This document shows positions 50,302 to 60,390 of a stretch of 64,000 nucleotides of DNA, in pieces; within the stretch, counting starts at the first letter, position 1, and every line of letters starts with the position of its first letter. Source of the DNA: an uncultured Acidimicrobiia bacterium (GTDB lineage: Bacteria; Actinomycetota; Acidimicrobiia; IMCC26256; JAENVU01); NCBI GenBank assembly GCA_963820025.1, contig CAWFYL010000001.1:1000462-1064461 (forward strand), read 5' to 3'. The notes below the pieces were generated by a model. That model was not told the origin of the DNA, searched no databases, and saw only the letters and a list, made by a program, of their open reading frames with translations. A program made the position numbers and the translations under genes.

Positions 50302-51540
50302 TCAGAACCGGATCGGGGCGTCGCTGTTCACGACGCGCAGCGTCCGGACCATCGGCAGCAGCTCGCGCTGGCGCTCGAGGAGCGGGGTGAAGGCCGACGC
50401 GGGTTGGGCCTTGCCGTACCAGTAGCCCTGGGCGAGGTCCGCGCCGAGGTCACGGAGGCGCGCGGCCTGCTCCGCGGTCTCGACTCCTTCGGCGACGGTG
50501 CGCATGCCCAGCGTGCGGGCCAGCGCGATGACCGCGGCGGCCATGCCGCGCCAACCGGGTTGCCAGTCGAGCGCGGCCACGAAGCTCTGGTCGATCTTCA
50601 CCACGTCGACGGGCAGGCGCGACAGGTGCTGCAACGAGTTGTGCCCGATCCCGAAGTCGTCGATCGCGATCTGCACGCCGAGCGCCCGGATCTGCTCCAC
50701 CTTGCGCGCGATGTGGTCGAGGTCCGCGATCGCCGCCGTCTCGGTGATCTCGAGGCACAGCCAGCCGGCCGGGATCCCGGTGTCGTGCAGGAGCTCCTCG
50801 AGCTGACCGACGAGGTCCGGGGTCGAGAGCTGCACGGTGGAGATGTTGATCGCGAGCTTGAAGGTCTCGGCGTAGCGCAACGTCGACTCGCGCCACAGCG
50901 CGAGCTGGCGGCACGCGGTCTCGAGGACGTGCGCGCCGAGCGGGATGATGATGCCCGAGTCCTCCGCGCTCTCGATGAAGTCGCCGGGCGCGATCAGGCC
51001 CGCGGTCGGGTGGTTCCAGCGCACGAGCGCCTCGGCGCCGACGGTCGTCCCGGAGTGGAGGTCGACGACCGGCTGGTACCAGACGACGAACTCGTCCCTG
51101 AGCAGTGCGAGCGAGAGCGCCTTCGCGGCCTTCAGCGCGTTGCGCTGGCGCACGGTCTCGGCGAGCGCCACCGCGAACAGGGCGGCGAGCACCTGGCCCA
51201 TCATCACGAAGAAGACGCCGCGCGTGAGCCAGGACGTCAGCTCCTGGGCGTCGCTGATCGGGACCGTCGAGGGGAGGACCGGTCCGGCCAGCACGGTCGC
51301 CGCGAGCGACGTGAGGAGCGCGCCCCGCCACCGGAAGCGCGCCGCGGCCAGCATGATCGGGACGAAGAACCAGTACTTCGGGGTGAGCATCGCCTCTCCG
51401 GCCACGAGGCCGAGCGCCGTGCAGGCGGTCAGCGCGGCGAGCACGACGGCGGCGCCGCCCAGCCACGAGGAGGTCATGAGGAGCCCGGCCGCCGTCGTGA
51501 CGGGTCCGGCCCCCTTCGGACGGTTCAGCGCCTCGCCCAT
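50302..51540 (-). CDS. Membrane-anchored EAL-domain c-di-GMP phosphodiesterase
   Basis: About five N-terminal TM helices, then the EAL fold (YQPVVDL, EALVRW, LEITE, DDFGIGHNSL, KIDQSF). Confidence 0.85.
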   Translation of the reverse strand: MGEALNRPKGAGPVTTAAGLLMTSSWLGGAAVVLAALTACTALGLVAGEAMLTPKYWFFVPIMLAAARFRWRGALLTSLAATVLAGPVLPSTVPISDAQELTSWLTRGVFFVMMGQVLAALFAVALAETVRQRNALKAAKALSLALLRDEFVVWYQPVVDLHSGTTVGAEALVRWNHPTAGLIAPGDFIESAEDSGIIIPLGAHVLETACRQLALWRESTLRYAETFKLAINISTVQLSTPDLVGQLEELLHDTGIPAGWLCLEITETAAIADLDHIARKVEQIRALGVQIAIDDFGIGHNSLQHLSRLPVDVVKIDQSFVAALDWQPGWRGMAAAVIALARTLGMRTVAEGVETAEQAARLRDLGADLAQGYWYGKAQPASAFTPLLERQRELLPMVRTLRVVNSDAPIRF

Positions 51541-51729
51541 GTCGGAGTTCCGATCCGCTGAGGCTCCCAGCGCCCCGCACCGACATACCCGGGTATAAAT
51601 CGGTCTAAACGCGACAGCCTCGAACGGGTGGGCTCCCGGGCTCCGGAGCCCGTCGGGGCCACGATCCCGGCGACCTGATGCGGCGAGCTGCCGACCCCGT
51701 TTCCCTGGGGACCGGCGCAGGGCGGCGCC

Positions 51730-51807
51730 TGGTCGGGATGCCGGGATTTGAACCCGGGGCCTCAGCGTCCCGAACGCTGCGCGCTAACCAAACTGCGCCA
51801 CATCCCG
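51730..51807 (-). tRNA. tRNA-Pro (anticodon CGG)
   Basis: The reverse complement reads CGGGATGTGGCGCAGTTTGGTTAGCGCGCAGCGTTCGGGACGCTGAGG...GGTTCAAATCCCGGCATCCCGACCA. Confidence 0.9.
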
Positions 51808-51836
51808 TAAGCCGACGGAGTGTAGTCGGAGGGGGT

Positions 51837-52289
51837 CTAGGACTCCGGGGCGAGATCGGCCGGGACGGGGCTGCCGTCGGCGTCGGTGGCCTCCGCGGGT
51901 GCCGGTGTCGCGACGACCGCGACCGGACGCAGGAGGTCCTTCACCGCACGCCGGAGCCGGCCCGCGTCGATCGGCTTGACGAGCATGGTGTCCACGTCGG
52001 CGCGCGTGCCCAGGAACCGGTCCGCCTCCCGGTCGAGGAGCAGCAGGATCGGGGCATCGGGCATGCGGTCCTCGCCCTGCTCGAGGCGCATGTCGAGGGC
52101 CACCGCGATGCCGCCCATGTTGCCGATCTGCATGTCGAGGATGACGACGTCGGGCTCGTACTCGCTCACCGCGGCGCGCACGTCCTGGCCCCGCCGCACC
52201 TCGACGACCCGCTGGCCGGGCTCCACGAACGCGACCTGGACCTGATCCCGGATCCACGAGGCTTCGGCGGCGACGAGGATGGTCTGCAC
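51837..52289 (-). CDS. Stand-alone response-regulator receiver domain protein
   Basis: GTG at 52289; 150 aa. Phospho-acceptor context DVVILDMQIGNMGG and conserved Lys in MLVKP. Ala/Pro-rich tail and no output domain. Only the 3' end of ORF 51837..53888 is real. Confidence 0.75.
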   Translation of the reverse strand: MQTILVAAEASWIRDQVQVAFVEPGQRVVEVRRGQDVRAAVSEYEPDVVILDMQIGNMGGIAVALDMRLEQGEDRMPDAPILLLLDREADRFLGTRADVDTMLVKPIDAGRLRRAVKDLLRPVAVVATPAPAEATDADGSPVPADLAPES

Positions 52290-52300
52290 GGGCGGGAACG

Positions 52301-53497
52301 CTAGTCGTCCGCTCCGGGAGCGGGCGGGTCCGCGGCGTCGGGGTCGCCGGCCGGGCCGAAGAGGATCCGGCCGACCGACGCGAGCGCCTCGAAGTCGTAG
52401 ACGTCGTGGGCGAGGTACGGCACGAACGCGACGGCGGCCGATCCCACCCGGACCCGCACGGTCTCGAGGTGGCTCCGCTCGCGCTCCGCGATCTCGTTGA
52501 AGTCGGCCAGGTTGTCGTAGCGCGCCGCGAGCCGGTCGCGCGCGGCCGCTCCCTCCTTGCTGCCCGGGCGCAGCTCGCCGAGCGATGCGGCCCGGGCCCG
52601 CAGGCCGGACGAGTGCTCGGTGCCGAAGCGGGGGTGGACTCGGTTCACGATCAGCGCGTCGACCGCGAGGTCGTGATCGCCGATCTTCTCCGCGAAGAAG
52701 CGCGCCTCCTCGACCGCATCCCGGCGGGGCGACGTGATCAGGACGAAGCGCGTCGTCGGCTCGCCGAGGAGCTCGACCACCTTCTTGGCGCGCTCCCGGA
52801 ACCCCTCTTCCATCCCCTCGAACGCACGGAAGAAGGCGACGATGTCGTTGACGACCTCGGAGCCGACTACGCGCGAGATGGTGCGCAGGAACGCCTGGAC
52901 TGCCGCGCCCGCGATGCGCATCCCGGTGCGCGTCGGGACCATGAGCAGTCGGAAGATCCGGTTGTCGAGCAGTCGCAGGAGACGCTGGGGCGCGTCGAGG
53001 AAGTCGAGCGCGTGCCGGCTCGGCGGGGTGTCGACGACGATGAGGTCGAAGCCGCCCTCCTCGTGCAGCTCGTGCAGCTTCTCCATCGCCATGTACTCCT
53101 GCGTGCCCGAGAGCGCCGAAGAGATGTTGCGGTAGAACGAGTTGTCGAGGATGCGTTGCGTCTGCTCGGGCGACGACGCGTACCGGGTGACCAGCCCGTC
53201 GAAGGTCGACTTGGTGTCGAGCATCATCGCCGAGAGAGCGCCGCCCGCCGTCCGCTCGCCCTTCGGGTCCCACCGGTCGCTCGCGATCTCGCGGGGCTCG
53301 TTCGACAGCTCGTCGAGGCCGAGGGCGTTGGCCAGCCGCTTGGCCGGATCGATGGTCACGACGAGCGCACGCCGGCCACGTCGCGCGCCTTCCATCGCGA
53401 GCACGGCCGCGCTCGTGGTCTTGCCGACGCCGCCGCTGCCGCAGCACACGACGACGTGACCCTCCTCGACCACCTCGGCCAGGGTGCGGGTGGTCAC
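52301..53497 (-). CDS. ArsA/Get3-like P-loop ATPase (paralogue 1)
   Basis: Deviant Walker A CCGSGGVGKTT and the DPAKRLANALG motif. 398 aa. Confidence 0.85.
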   Translation of the reverse strand: MTTRTLAEVVEEGHVVVCCGSGGVGKTTSAAVLAMEGARRGRRALVVTIDPAKRLANALGLDELSNEPREIASDRWDPKGERTAGGALSAMMLDTKSTFDGLVTRYASSPEQTQRILDNSFYRNISSALSGTQEYMAMEKLHELHEEGGFDLIVVDTPPSRHALDFLDAPQRLLRLLDNRIFRLLMVPTRTGMRIAGAAVQAFLRTISRVVGSEVVNDIVAFFRAFEGMEEGFRERAKKVVELLGEPTTRFVLITSPRRDAVEEARFFAEKIGDHDLAVDALIVNRVHPRFGTEHSSGLRARAASLGELRPGSKEGAAARDRLAARYDNLADFNEIAERERSHLETVRVRVGSAAVAFVPYLAHDVYDFEALASVGRILFGPAGDPDAADPPAPGADD

Positions 53498-54474
53498 AGC
53501 TCGCCGACGCCGGCGGTGAACGCGTCGGCCAGCCGGTCGATCTCGTGGCGGCCGATGTCCGCGGTGAACAGGAACGGCAAGCGGATCTGGGGGAGGGGCA
53601 GCTGACGCGCCAGGCGGTCGGCCTGGTGCCGTTGGATCGCCGACCGCTCGGCCCGGAACGCCGCCGCGCGAGCGAGGTCGTGGGCCTCGCGGTCCGAGAC
53701 GAACACGTCGAGCAGCTCCGCGTCGCGCTGGATCCCCGCCGCGGTCGTCGCGTCCGGGCTCGCGCGCTCGTCGGACGCGGCGTTCGCAGGGACGAGATCG
53801 AGGTCGTCGTAGCAGCCGTTGACCACGACCGGCCCGAGGCTGACTCCCGTCTTGTCCTCGATCGCGAAGGCGGTGTCGACGAGCTCACTGACCGGCGTCT
53901 CCTCGGGGATCGTCACGAGCAGGACCCGGCACCGGTCCGGGTCGCTCAGCAGCTCGACCACGTCGGTGGCCTGCCTTCGTACCGGTCCGACGCTCACCGC
54001 GTCCAGCAACCCCTGGGCCGAGGTGAGGAAGGTGATCGCGTGGCCCGCGGCGGGCGCGTCGACGATGATGAGGTCCGCGGCGCCCCGCACGTCGAGGCTC
54101 TTGACCTTGCCGAGCACCAGGATGTCCTTCATCCCCGGCACCGCGGTGGCGACCACGTCGAGCGCGCCGGTCTGCACGAGCCGCTTCGAGACCCGCTTGA
54201 GCCCGTTGTTCTGGAGCCAGTCGACCAGCGCCGCGTCCGGCGTGAGGGTGCGGCCCCGGACGTTCGGGGCGAGCTCGCACTCCTCGTAGTCGAGCGCCGG
54301 GCTGTCGAACGCCGCGGCGAGCCCCGATTTGCCCTCGACCTCCACGATCAGCACGCTCATGCCCGTGCGGGCGGCCGCGACGGCGAGCGTCGCGGTCACC
54401 GTCGTCTTGCCCACGCCACCCTTGCCCGCCACGATGATCACCCGGGAGGTGGAGCAGAACTGCGCAAGCTCCAT
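53494..54474 (-). CDS. ArsA/Get3-like P-loop ATPase (paralogue 2)
   Basis: ATG at 54474 (MELAQFCSTSRVIIVAGKGGVGKTT). 4-nt overlap with paralogue 1. The N-terminal 79 codons of ORF 53494..54711 are not protein-like. Confidence 0.8.
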   Translation of the reverse strand: MELAQFCSTSRVIIVAGKGGVGKTTVTATLAVAAARTGMSVLIVEVEGKSGLAAAFDSPALDYEECELAPNVRGRTLTPDAALVDWLQNNGLKRVSKRLVQTGALDVVATAVPGMKDILVLGKVKSLDVRGAADLIIVDAPAAGHAITFLTSAQGLLDAVSVGPVRRQATDVVELLSDPDRCRVLLVTIPEETPVSELVDTAFAIEDKTGVSLGPVVVNGCYDDLDLVPANAASDERASPDATTAAGIQRDAELLDVFVSDREAHDLARAAAFRAERSAIQRHQADRLARQLPLPQIRLPFLFTADIGRHEIDRLADAFTAGVGEL

Positions 54475-54498
54475 CGCCCCGATGCTACGGGAGCCTCG

Positions 54499-55978
54499 AT
54501 GCGTCGTCTCAACCAGCTCGGTTGCTCCGGGCGCACCTACGGGCGAGGCGCGCGTCGTGCGGCGTTGGCGGTCGTGGGTTGCGTGCTCGCGGCGATCACG
54601 TTGCTGCCGAGCGCGACCGCTGGGGCGCAGCCGCGCGCACAACGGTCCGGCTCGCGGCGGGCATCGCGGTGATCCAGGTCGACGGGCTCGTCGACCCGCC
54701 GAACGCGGCACTGATCCGGGACTCCATCCGTGACGCGAACCACACCCCTACCTCACTGCTGGTGATCAACCTCGCGTCGAGCGGTGCCATCGACGTGAAC
54801 CCCGAGCCGTTGGTCCGCGCCATCCGGACCTCACAGGTCCCGATCGCGATCTGGGTCGGCCCGTCAGGGGGCAAGGCGAAGGGGATCGCCGCCGCGCTCG
54901 TCAGCGCCGCGCCCGTCGCGGGCGTGTCCAACGGGTCGACGGTCGGGCCCGGGGTGCCGTTGCGCCTCGACGAACCCGGCTCGACCGACGCGAACGCGCT
55001 CGCACGTCAGATGGGCGCGCTCAACGCCGCGAACCGGCGGAGCGCCGCGGGGGAAAGAGGATGGCGCGCCGTGCGCTGTCACCCAGCGAAGCGGTTCGAC
55101 TGGGCGCGACCAACCGCGTCTGCCCGTCGGTCCCCGGCTGTCCGACGCTCGGAGACTTCATCGTCAACCTCGACGGCACCACCGTGCACACCGCGAGCGG
55201 TGCGGTGAAGCTCTCGACCGCCAAGGTGGTCGGCGTCGGGCGCGACCGGCGGCGCCAGCCCAACCAGGTCATCCGGTTCCGCAAGCTCGACCTCGCAGGT
55301 CAGGCGGTCCACACGCTGACCAGCTCCTCGATCGCCTACCTGCTGCTCGTCGTCGGGCTGGCGCTGATCGTGTTCGAGTTCTTCACGATCAGCGTCGGGC
55401 TCGCCGGCGGCGCCGGCGCGCTCGGGCTGATCGGCGCGTTCGTCGGTTTCTCCCACCTCCCGGTGCACTGGTGGGCGTTGGGACTGATCCTCATCGCCAT
55501 GATCGGGTACGCGGTCGACGTGCAGGCCGGCCGGCCGTTGGCGTGGACCGCGATCGCGACGGTGCTGCTCGTGATCGGCTCGTTGTTCCTCTTCGGCGGC
55601 TCGTCGCGCCTCGACGTCCATTGGTGGGTGCTGCTGATCGTCATCCTCGGGACGATCGCGTTCATGGTCGGCGCGATGCCCGTCGCGGTCCGGTCCCGCT
55701 TCTCGACGCCGACGATCGGACGCGAAGGCCTGATCGGCGAGCTCGGTGAGGCCGCGGTCGACGTCGCGCCCGACGGGGTCGTGGTCGTGCGCGGGGCCCG
55801 GTGGCGTGCCCGAACGAACCGCGCCACCCCGATCCGCGGCGGGGACCGGGTCCGGGTGATCGAGGTCGACGGGCTCGTGCTCGAGGTCGAGCCGGAGTCG
55901 GGTGGCGCACGCGACTACCGCGACCGGCGGCCGAAGCGGACCCCGGGCGACGTGGACTCGGACCCCGACGAGGGGTGA
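54499..55978 (+). pseudogene. NfeD-like membrane-bound ClpP-class serine protease, reading frame broken twice
   Basis: The signal peptide is in the frame of ORF 53545..54672 (MRRLNQ...AITLLPSATAGA). The protease-like part (IAVIQVDGLVDPPNAALIRDSI...) is in ORF 54522..55208. The TM and C-terminal OB part is in ORF 55061..55978. The joins lie near 54635 and 55052 (G5 run). Confidence 0.7.
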
Positions 55979-56011
55979 GCACCCTGCGGCCGCGGCGGGT
56001 ACCGTCGGGTC

Positions 56012-57454
56012 GTGCGACGGGGGGCAAGTGCGGTCGCGCTGTCGGTGCTGCTGCTCGCGGGCGCGCTGACCGCCTGCGGCCGCGGGAGCAGCATGCTCAG
56101 CACCAACGGATCGACGTCGCCCGAGCGCGCAACCGTGACCGTCGTCGCCCAGAACCTCCTCCACGGGCTGGCCTGCGCGCCGGACACGCATCGCTGCAAG
56201 CTCGCGAAGCGGGTCGCGCTGTTCGCTCGCCAACTCCGGGAGGCGGGGTGCCCGCAGGTGGTGTCGGTCGAGGAGTCCGATCCGCTGATGGACCGCTTCC
56301 TGAAGCGCGCGGTGCGGGCGTCGAGCGACGGCGCCCCACGGCTGTGCGGGGGGCGGTACCGGATCGTCGGTCTCGGCGATCCGTCGAGTGACCGTGAGGT
56401 CGTGCTCACCACCCTGTCCGTGCTCGGTCACGAGCGGGTGCGGCTCGCGGGTCCGCTGCGCGACGCGCTCGCCGTCCGGGTCAAGGCGCCGCTCGGAGCG
56501 CTCGATGTGGTCGCGACCCATCTCGCGAGCGGGAGCGACGACCGCCCGTGCGATGCCGCCACGTGCGGCCCACCTTGTCGGTCCGACGACTCGCTGAAGA
56601 CCTGCCAGGGCCGCGAGGCAGCTGCCCTTCTCGACTCGCGGCGCTCACCGCGCACGGTCGGCGTGCTCACGGGTGACCTCAACGCGGTGCCGGGCGATCC
56701 GACCATCGCGGCGATCGAGGCCCACGGCGACGTCGACACCTACGTCGCGGCCGGGAACGCGCCCTGCAACCCGGCGACCGGCACCGGATGCACCAGCGGT
56801 CGCGAGGACAAGGACCTCTCGGACCTGACGAACCCGAGCGCGCGGCAGGCCGAGCGCATCGACTACGTCTTCCTGGCGACGAAGCGCCGCTGCCGGGTCG
56901 TGTCGCCGACCGGGCTCTTCGCGGCGGCACCGGCATCGGTCCCGCTCGACGGTCTGGTGTTCGCGTCCGACCACACCGGGGTGCAGGCGAAGATCTCGTG
57001 CATCACGTCCGCCGCCGATCTGGCCGCGGCCCGACCCTTGAAGTCCCGATCCACCACGACGACGACGCGAGCCTCGGCGATCGGTGCGGCGACGCGGCGC
57101 GCGGTCACGAGGTCGTACCAGACCGTCTTCAACGGCGGCGCGGGCACCAGCATCGAAGGGCGCCTGTCCGCGCTGCAGGATGCCGACGAGCTGCGCGATT
57201 CATTCGTCGCCCGGTACGAGGACCCGGCGATCAAGCCCCTGGCGGACCAGGTCCGGGTGCGCATCGACTCGATGCGCGGGGTGGACGCGAACCACGTCGA
57301 CGTCGTCTACTCCATCCTTCTCGGCGATGCGGTGGCGCTCGACCATCTGCCCGGCGGGGCGGTCCGGACTGGGAGTCGCTGGCTGGTCACCCGCCGCGCG
57401 TACTGCGCGGTCGCGACCCTCGGCGCGACCTCGGTGCCCGAAGCCTGCCGCTAG
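56012..57454 (+). CDS. Endonuclease/exonuclease/phosphatase (EEP)-family lipoprotein with extra C-terminal domain
   Basis: Lipobox LLAGALTAC. EEP motifs VVAQNL, VVSVEE, THLASG, GDLNA, IDYVF and SDHTGV. Confidence 0.75.
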   Translation: MRRGASAVALSVLLLAGALTACGRGSSMLSTNGSTSPERATVTVVAQNLLHGLACAPDTHRCKLAKRVALFARQLREAGCPQVVSVEESDPLMDRFLKRAVRASSDGAPRLCGGRYRIVGLGDPSSDREVVLTTLSVLGHERVRLAGPLRDALAVRVKAPLGALDVVATHLASGSDDRPCDAATCGPPCRSDDSLKTCQGREAAALLDSRRSPRTVGVLTGDLNAVPGDPTIAAIEAHGDVDTYVAAGNAPCNPATGTGCTSGREDKDLSDLTNPSARQAERIDYVFLATKRRCRVVSPTGLFAAAPASVPLDGLVFASDHTGVQAKISCITSAADLAAARPLKSRSTTTTTRASAIGAATRRAVTRSYQTVFNGGAGTSIEGRLSALQDADELRDSFVARYEDPAIKPLADQVRVRIDSMRGVDANHVDVVYSILLGDAVALDHLPGGAVRTGSRWLVTRRAYCAVATLGATSVPEACR

Positions 57455-57529
57455 CGCGCCGGTCCTGACCGGTCGGGCGTTGGGTCCCGAGACGGGCGAA
57501 ACTTGGCGCTGACCTGCGCAAACTCACTC

Positions 57530-57558
57530 TTGTCGGTGCCCCGGTCCGAGAGTAGGTT
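57530..57558 (+). promoter_or_regulatory. Candidate housekeeping-sigma promoter for whiB
   Basis: TTGTCG (57530-57535), a 17-nt spacer, then TAGGTT (57553-57558, fits TANNNT), about 40 nt upstream of the whiB start. Confidence 0.3.
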
Positions 57559-57599
57559 CGCCCGTGGAGAGGGGCGGCCGAGCCCGAGGAGGGCCCACC

Positions 57600-57863
57600 G
57601 TGGGCATCCAGACCGTGAACGAGACCTGGCAGCTGCGCGCCGCCTGCCGGGGTCCGGCGTCGACGTTGTTCTTCCCACCCACCGCGACGGAGCGCAAGGA
57701 AGAGCGCGAGGTGCGCGAAGCGAAGGCGAAGCTCATCTGCTCGACCTGCCCGGTCCAGCGCGCGTGCCTCGACTACGCGCTCGACATCCGTGAACCCCAC
57801 GGGATCTGGGGCGGGCTGAACGAGCACGAGCGCCGCGAGCTCCTCGCGCCGCGCGCCGGCTGA
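57600..57863 (+). CDS. WhiB-family [4Fe-4S] transcriptional regulator
   Basis: Four Cys (AAC...C-x2-C-x5-C: CSTCPVQRAC) and the GIWGG turn. GTG 57600 is preceded by GAGGAGGG (57586-57593). Confidence 0.85.
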   Translation: MGIQTVNETWQLRAACRGPASTLFFPPTATERKEEREVREAKAKLICSTCPVQRACLDYALDIREPHGIWGGLNEHERRELLAPRAG

Positions 57864-57958
57864 GCCCTTCGCGATCCGACTCCGGGCGCGCACCGGCCGG
57901 AAGGGCCCGGCGCGGCCGGTCGGTAGACTTCCGTTGTGGTTCACCAGCGGCGCGGCCC

Positions 57959-58744
57959 ATGGTGACGCCGCGAGAGGCTTCCACCGTCATGCTCGTGCGC
58001 GACGACCCGGACCTCGAGGTCTTCATGCTCCGGCGGAACCTCAACGCCGACTGGGTCGGTGGCGCCTACGTGTTTCCCGGCGGCGCCGTCGATCCGGGCG
58101 ACCGCAGCGCCGCGATCGCCCAGCGCTGTCCGGATCGGGACGATGCCGATGCGAGCGCCCACCTCGGCCTTCCGGCCGGCGGCCTCGGCTTCTGGGTCGC
58201 GGGGATCCGTGAGACGTTCGAGGAAGCAGGCGTCCTGCTGGCACGCTCGGGAGCCACCGGCGAGCTCGTGGACCCGGCGGAACCGCGGCTCGGGCCGGCC
58301 CGCGCGGCCATGAACGCGGGCTCCTTGGCATTCGGTGACTTCGTCGAAGCCGGGGACCTGCTGCTCGACGTCGGTGCGATGGACGTCTTCTCGCACTGGA
58401 TCACCCCGGAAGGGATGCACCGGCGGTACGACACGTGGTTCTTCGTCGCCGCCGCGCCGGATGGGCACGCGTACGCCCACGATGACGGCGAGACCGTCGC
58501 GTCGATCTGGACGCGGCCCCAGGACGCGCTGGACGCGGCTGACCGGGACGAGCTCGAGCTGATCTTCCCCACCCGGAAGAACCTCGAGGCCCTCGGCCGG
58601 TTCCGCCGCGCCCGCCACCTGCTCGACGCGGTCTCCCGGGCGACCGACGTCCCGCCGGCGACGCAACCGCGGATCGTCCACGACTCCGGAGGGACCCGCA
58701 TCGCCCTCCCCGGTGACCCCGACGACGCGGTCGGAGCGGCCTGA
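57959..58744 (+). CDS. NUDIX hydrolase
   Basis: Nudix box GGAVDPGD...AGIRETFEEAGV. Confidence 0.8.
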   Translation: MVTPREASTVMLVRDDPDLEVFMLRRNLNADWVGGAYVFPGGAVDPGDRSAAIAQRCPDRDDADASAHLGLPAGGLGFWVAGIRETFEEAGVLLARSGATGELVDPAEPRLGPARAAMNAGSLAFGDFVEAGDLLLDVGAMDVFSHWITPEGMHRRYDTWFFVAAAPDGHAYAHDDGETVASIWTRPQDALDAADRDELELIFPTRKNLEALGRFRRARHLLDAVSRATDVPPATQPRIVHDSGGTRIALPGDPDDAVGAA

Positions 58745-59568
58745 TGCCGGACATGACGCCGGAGGTGCCGAGCGCGCTGTCGCCGCTCGTGCGCCGCATC
58801 GTCGCCGCGAACCCGAGTCACATGACCGGTCCCGGGACGAACACGTACCTGGTCGGAATCGACGAGGTCGCAGTGATCGATCCCGGTCCGGATGACGCGA
58901 AGCACGTGAGCGCGATCGTCGGTGCGTCGATGCGCGAGCGGGTCCGCTGGGTGCTGCTCACCCACACGCATCCCGACCACTCGCCCGCGACCGCGAAGCT
59001 GGTGAAGGCGACCGGCGCGGAGGTGCTCGCGTTCACCAAGCGTGACCTGGGCCTCAAGGTCGACCGCGCGATCGGTGAGGGCGACACGATCGACGGCACC
59101 GAGTTCCGGCTCGAGGTGCTCCACACGCCCGGCCACGCGCCCAACCACCTGTGCTTCTTCCTGGAAGAGGAGCGGGTCCTGTTCACCGGCGACACGATCC
59201 TCGACGGGATGTACTCGGTCGTCTCCCCGAAGACCGGCGGCGACATGGCGAAGTACATCGCGACGCTGGAGCGGCTGCGCAAGATGCGCCTGGCCAGGAT
59301 CGCACCGGGCCATGGCGACGTCATCGAGGAGCCCAGGGCCCGGATCGACGACTACCTCCAGCACCGGATCGCCCGCGAGAAGCAGATCCTGAAGCTCCTC
59401 AAGGCGGGTCCGGCGAAGATCCGCGAGATCGTGGCTTCGCTCTACCCGGACCTCGCGGCGCCGCTCGTCGACGTGGCCGGTCGGCAGGTGCACGCGCACC
59501 TGCTGAAGCTGCGCGCCGAGGGCAAGGTGGTCGGGCGCGACGCCAAGTCCACGTGGGCGCTCGCCTGA
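58744..59568 (+). CDS. MBL-fold metallo-hydrolase
   Basis: HTHPDH motif, later His/Asp ligands and a C-terminal winged-helix-like tail. ATGA overlap with the NUDIX gene. Confidence 0.85.
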   Translation: MPDMTPEVPSALSPLVRRIVAANPSHMTGPGTNTYLVGIDEVAVIDPGPDDAKHVSAIVGASMRERVRWVLLTHTHPDHSPATAKLVKATGAEVLAFTKRDLGLKVDRAIGEGDTIDGTEFRLEVLHTPGHAPNHLCFFLEEERVLFTGDTILDGMYSVVSPKTGGDMAKYIATLERLRKMRLARIAPGHGDVIEEPRARIDDYLQHRIAREKQILKLLKAGPAKIREIVASLYPDLAAPLVDVAGRQVHAHLLKLRAEGKVVGRDAKSTWALA

Positions 59569-59583
59569 GCCGTCCCGGCCCCC

Positions 59584-60378
59584 CTACGGGCTGGTCGGCG
59601 ACTCGAGGAACTCGACGATCGGACGGTCGCTGACCTTGATGCTCCCGGTGAACGGGTGGTCGAAGCTGACCACGATCGCCAGCATGAACGCGATCACCAC
59701 TGCGATGGAGCAGACGATGATGACGTGCGACTGGCGGTGCTTGCTGTCGAGCACGCACGCGAGCGCGACGACGATCACACCGCCCAACCCCAGCAGTAGG
59801 TAGAGCGGGGCGGGCAACGATCCTTCCGACGCGGTGACCGCCGCTTGGCGCGCCACGACGATCGTGTCGAGTCGGTCCACCATCTGGTTGTAGAACGCCA
59901 CCTCGGCGGACCCCCTCGGGGTGACCTGGCGCACCGTCGCGTAGAGGTGCTGCAGCGCCAGGGTCGTCGCCGGGCTCCGGCGGCCGTGTGACTCCATCGA
60001 AGGGAGGTCGTCCTCGACGACCGACCTCGCGTACTCCTTGAGCGCGATGTCGATCGGCGTCGCGTCGTGCACCCCGAGCACCTTGCTGTTCTCGCGGATC
60101 TCGGACATCGCCGTCGCCTGGGAGTCGACGTAGGTCTGAGCCTGCTGCAGGTTGCCCCACCCCTGGACGATGACGAACGCGATCAGGACCGCGTAGATGT
60201 TGGCGAGGACACCGAGCATGATCGCCGCGGTGCGTCCCGCCTCCGTGCGCGTGCGGTCCAGCATCCGGCGGCGGAAGACGAGGTCCGCGGTCAGCGTCAG
60301 CCCGATGCCGATCGCGGCGAACCCGAGGAACAGCACGTACGCGGGGAGCTCGGCGAGCCATTCCGTCAGGGTCGACAC
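59584..60378 (-). CDS. DUF4239-type membrane protein
   Basis: 264 aa with four TM helices flanking a soluble central segment. The architecture and sequence fit DUF4239. Confidence 0.65.
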   Translation of the reverse strand: MSTLTEWLAELPAYVLFLGFAAIGIGLTLTADLVFRRRMLDRTRTEAGRTAAIMLGVLANIYAVLIAFVIVQGWGNLQQAQTYVDSQATAMSEIRENSKVLGVHDATPIDIALKEYARSVVEDDLPSMESHGRRSPATTLALQHLYATVRQVTPRGSAEVAFYNQMVDRLDTIVVARQAAVTASEGSLPAPLYLLLGLGGVIVVALACVLDSKHRQSHVIIVCSIAVVIAFMLAIVVSFDHPFTGSIKVSDRPIVEFLESPTSP

Positions 60379-60390
60379 GACGGGGTGATG

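Noticed and set aside
51837-53888. 683-aa ORF on the minus strand
   Set aside because: Only the last 150 codons (the receiver domain, from GTG 52289) are convincing. Upstream it reads the ArsA-like ATPase genes in a wrong frame.
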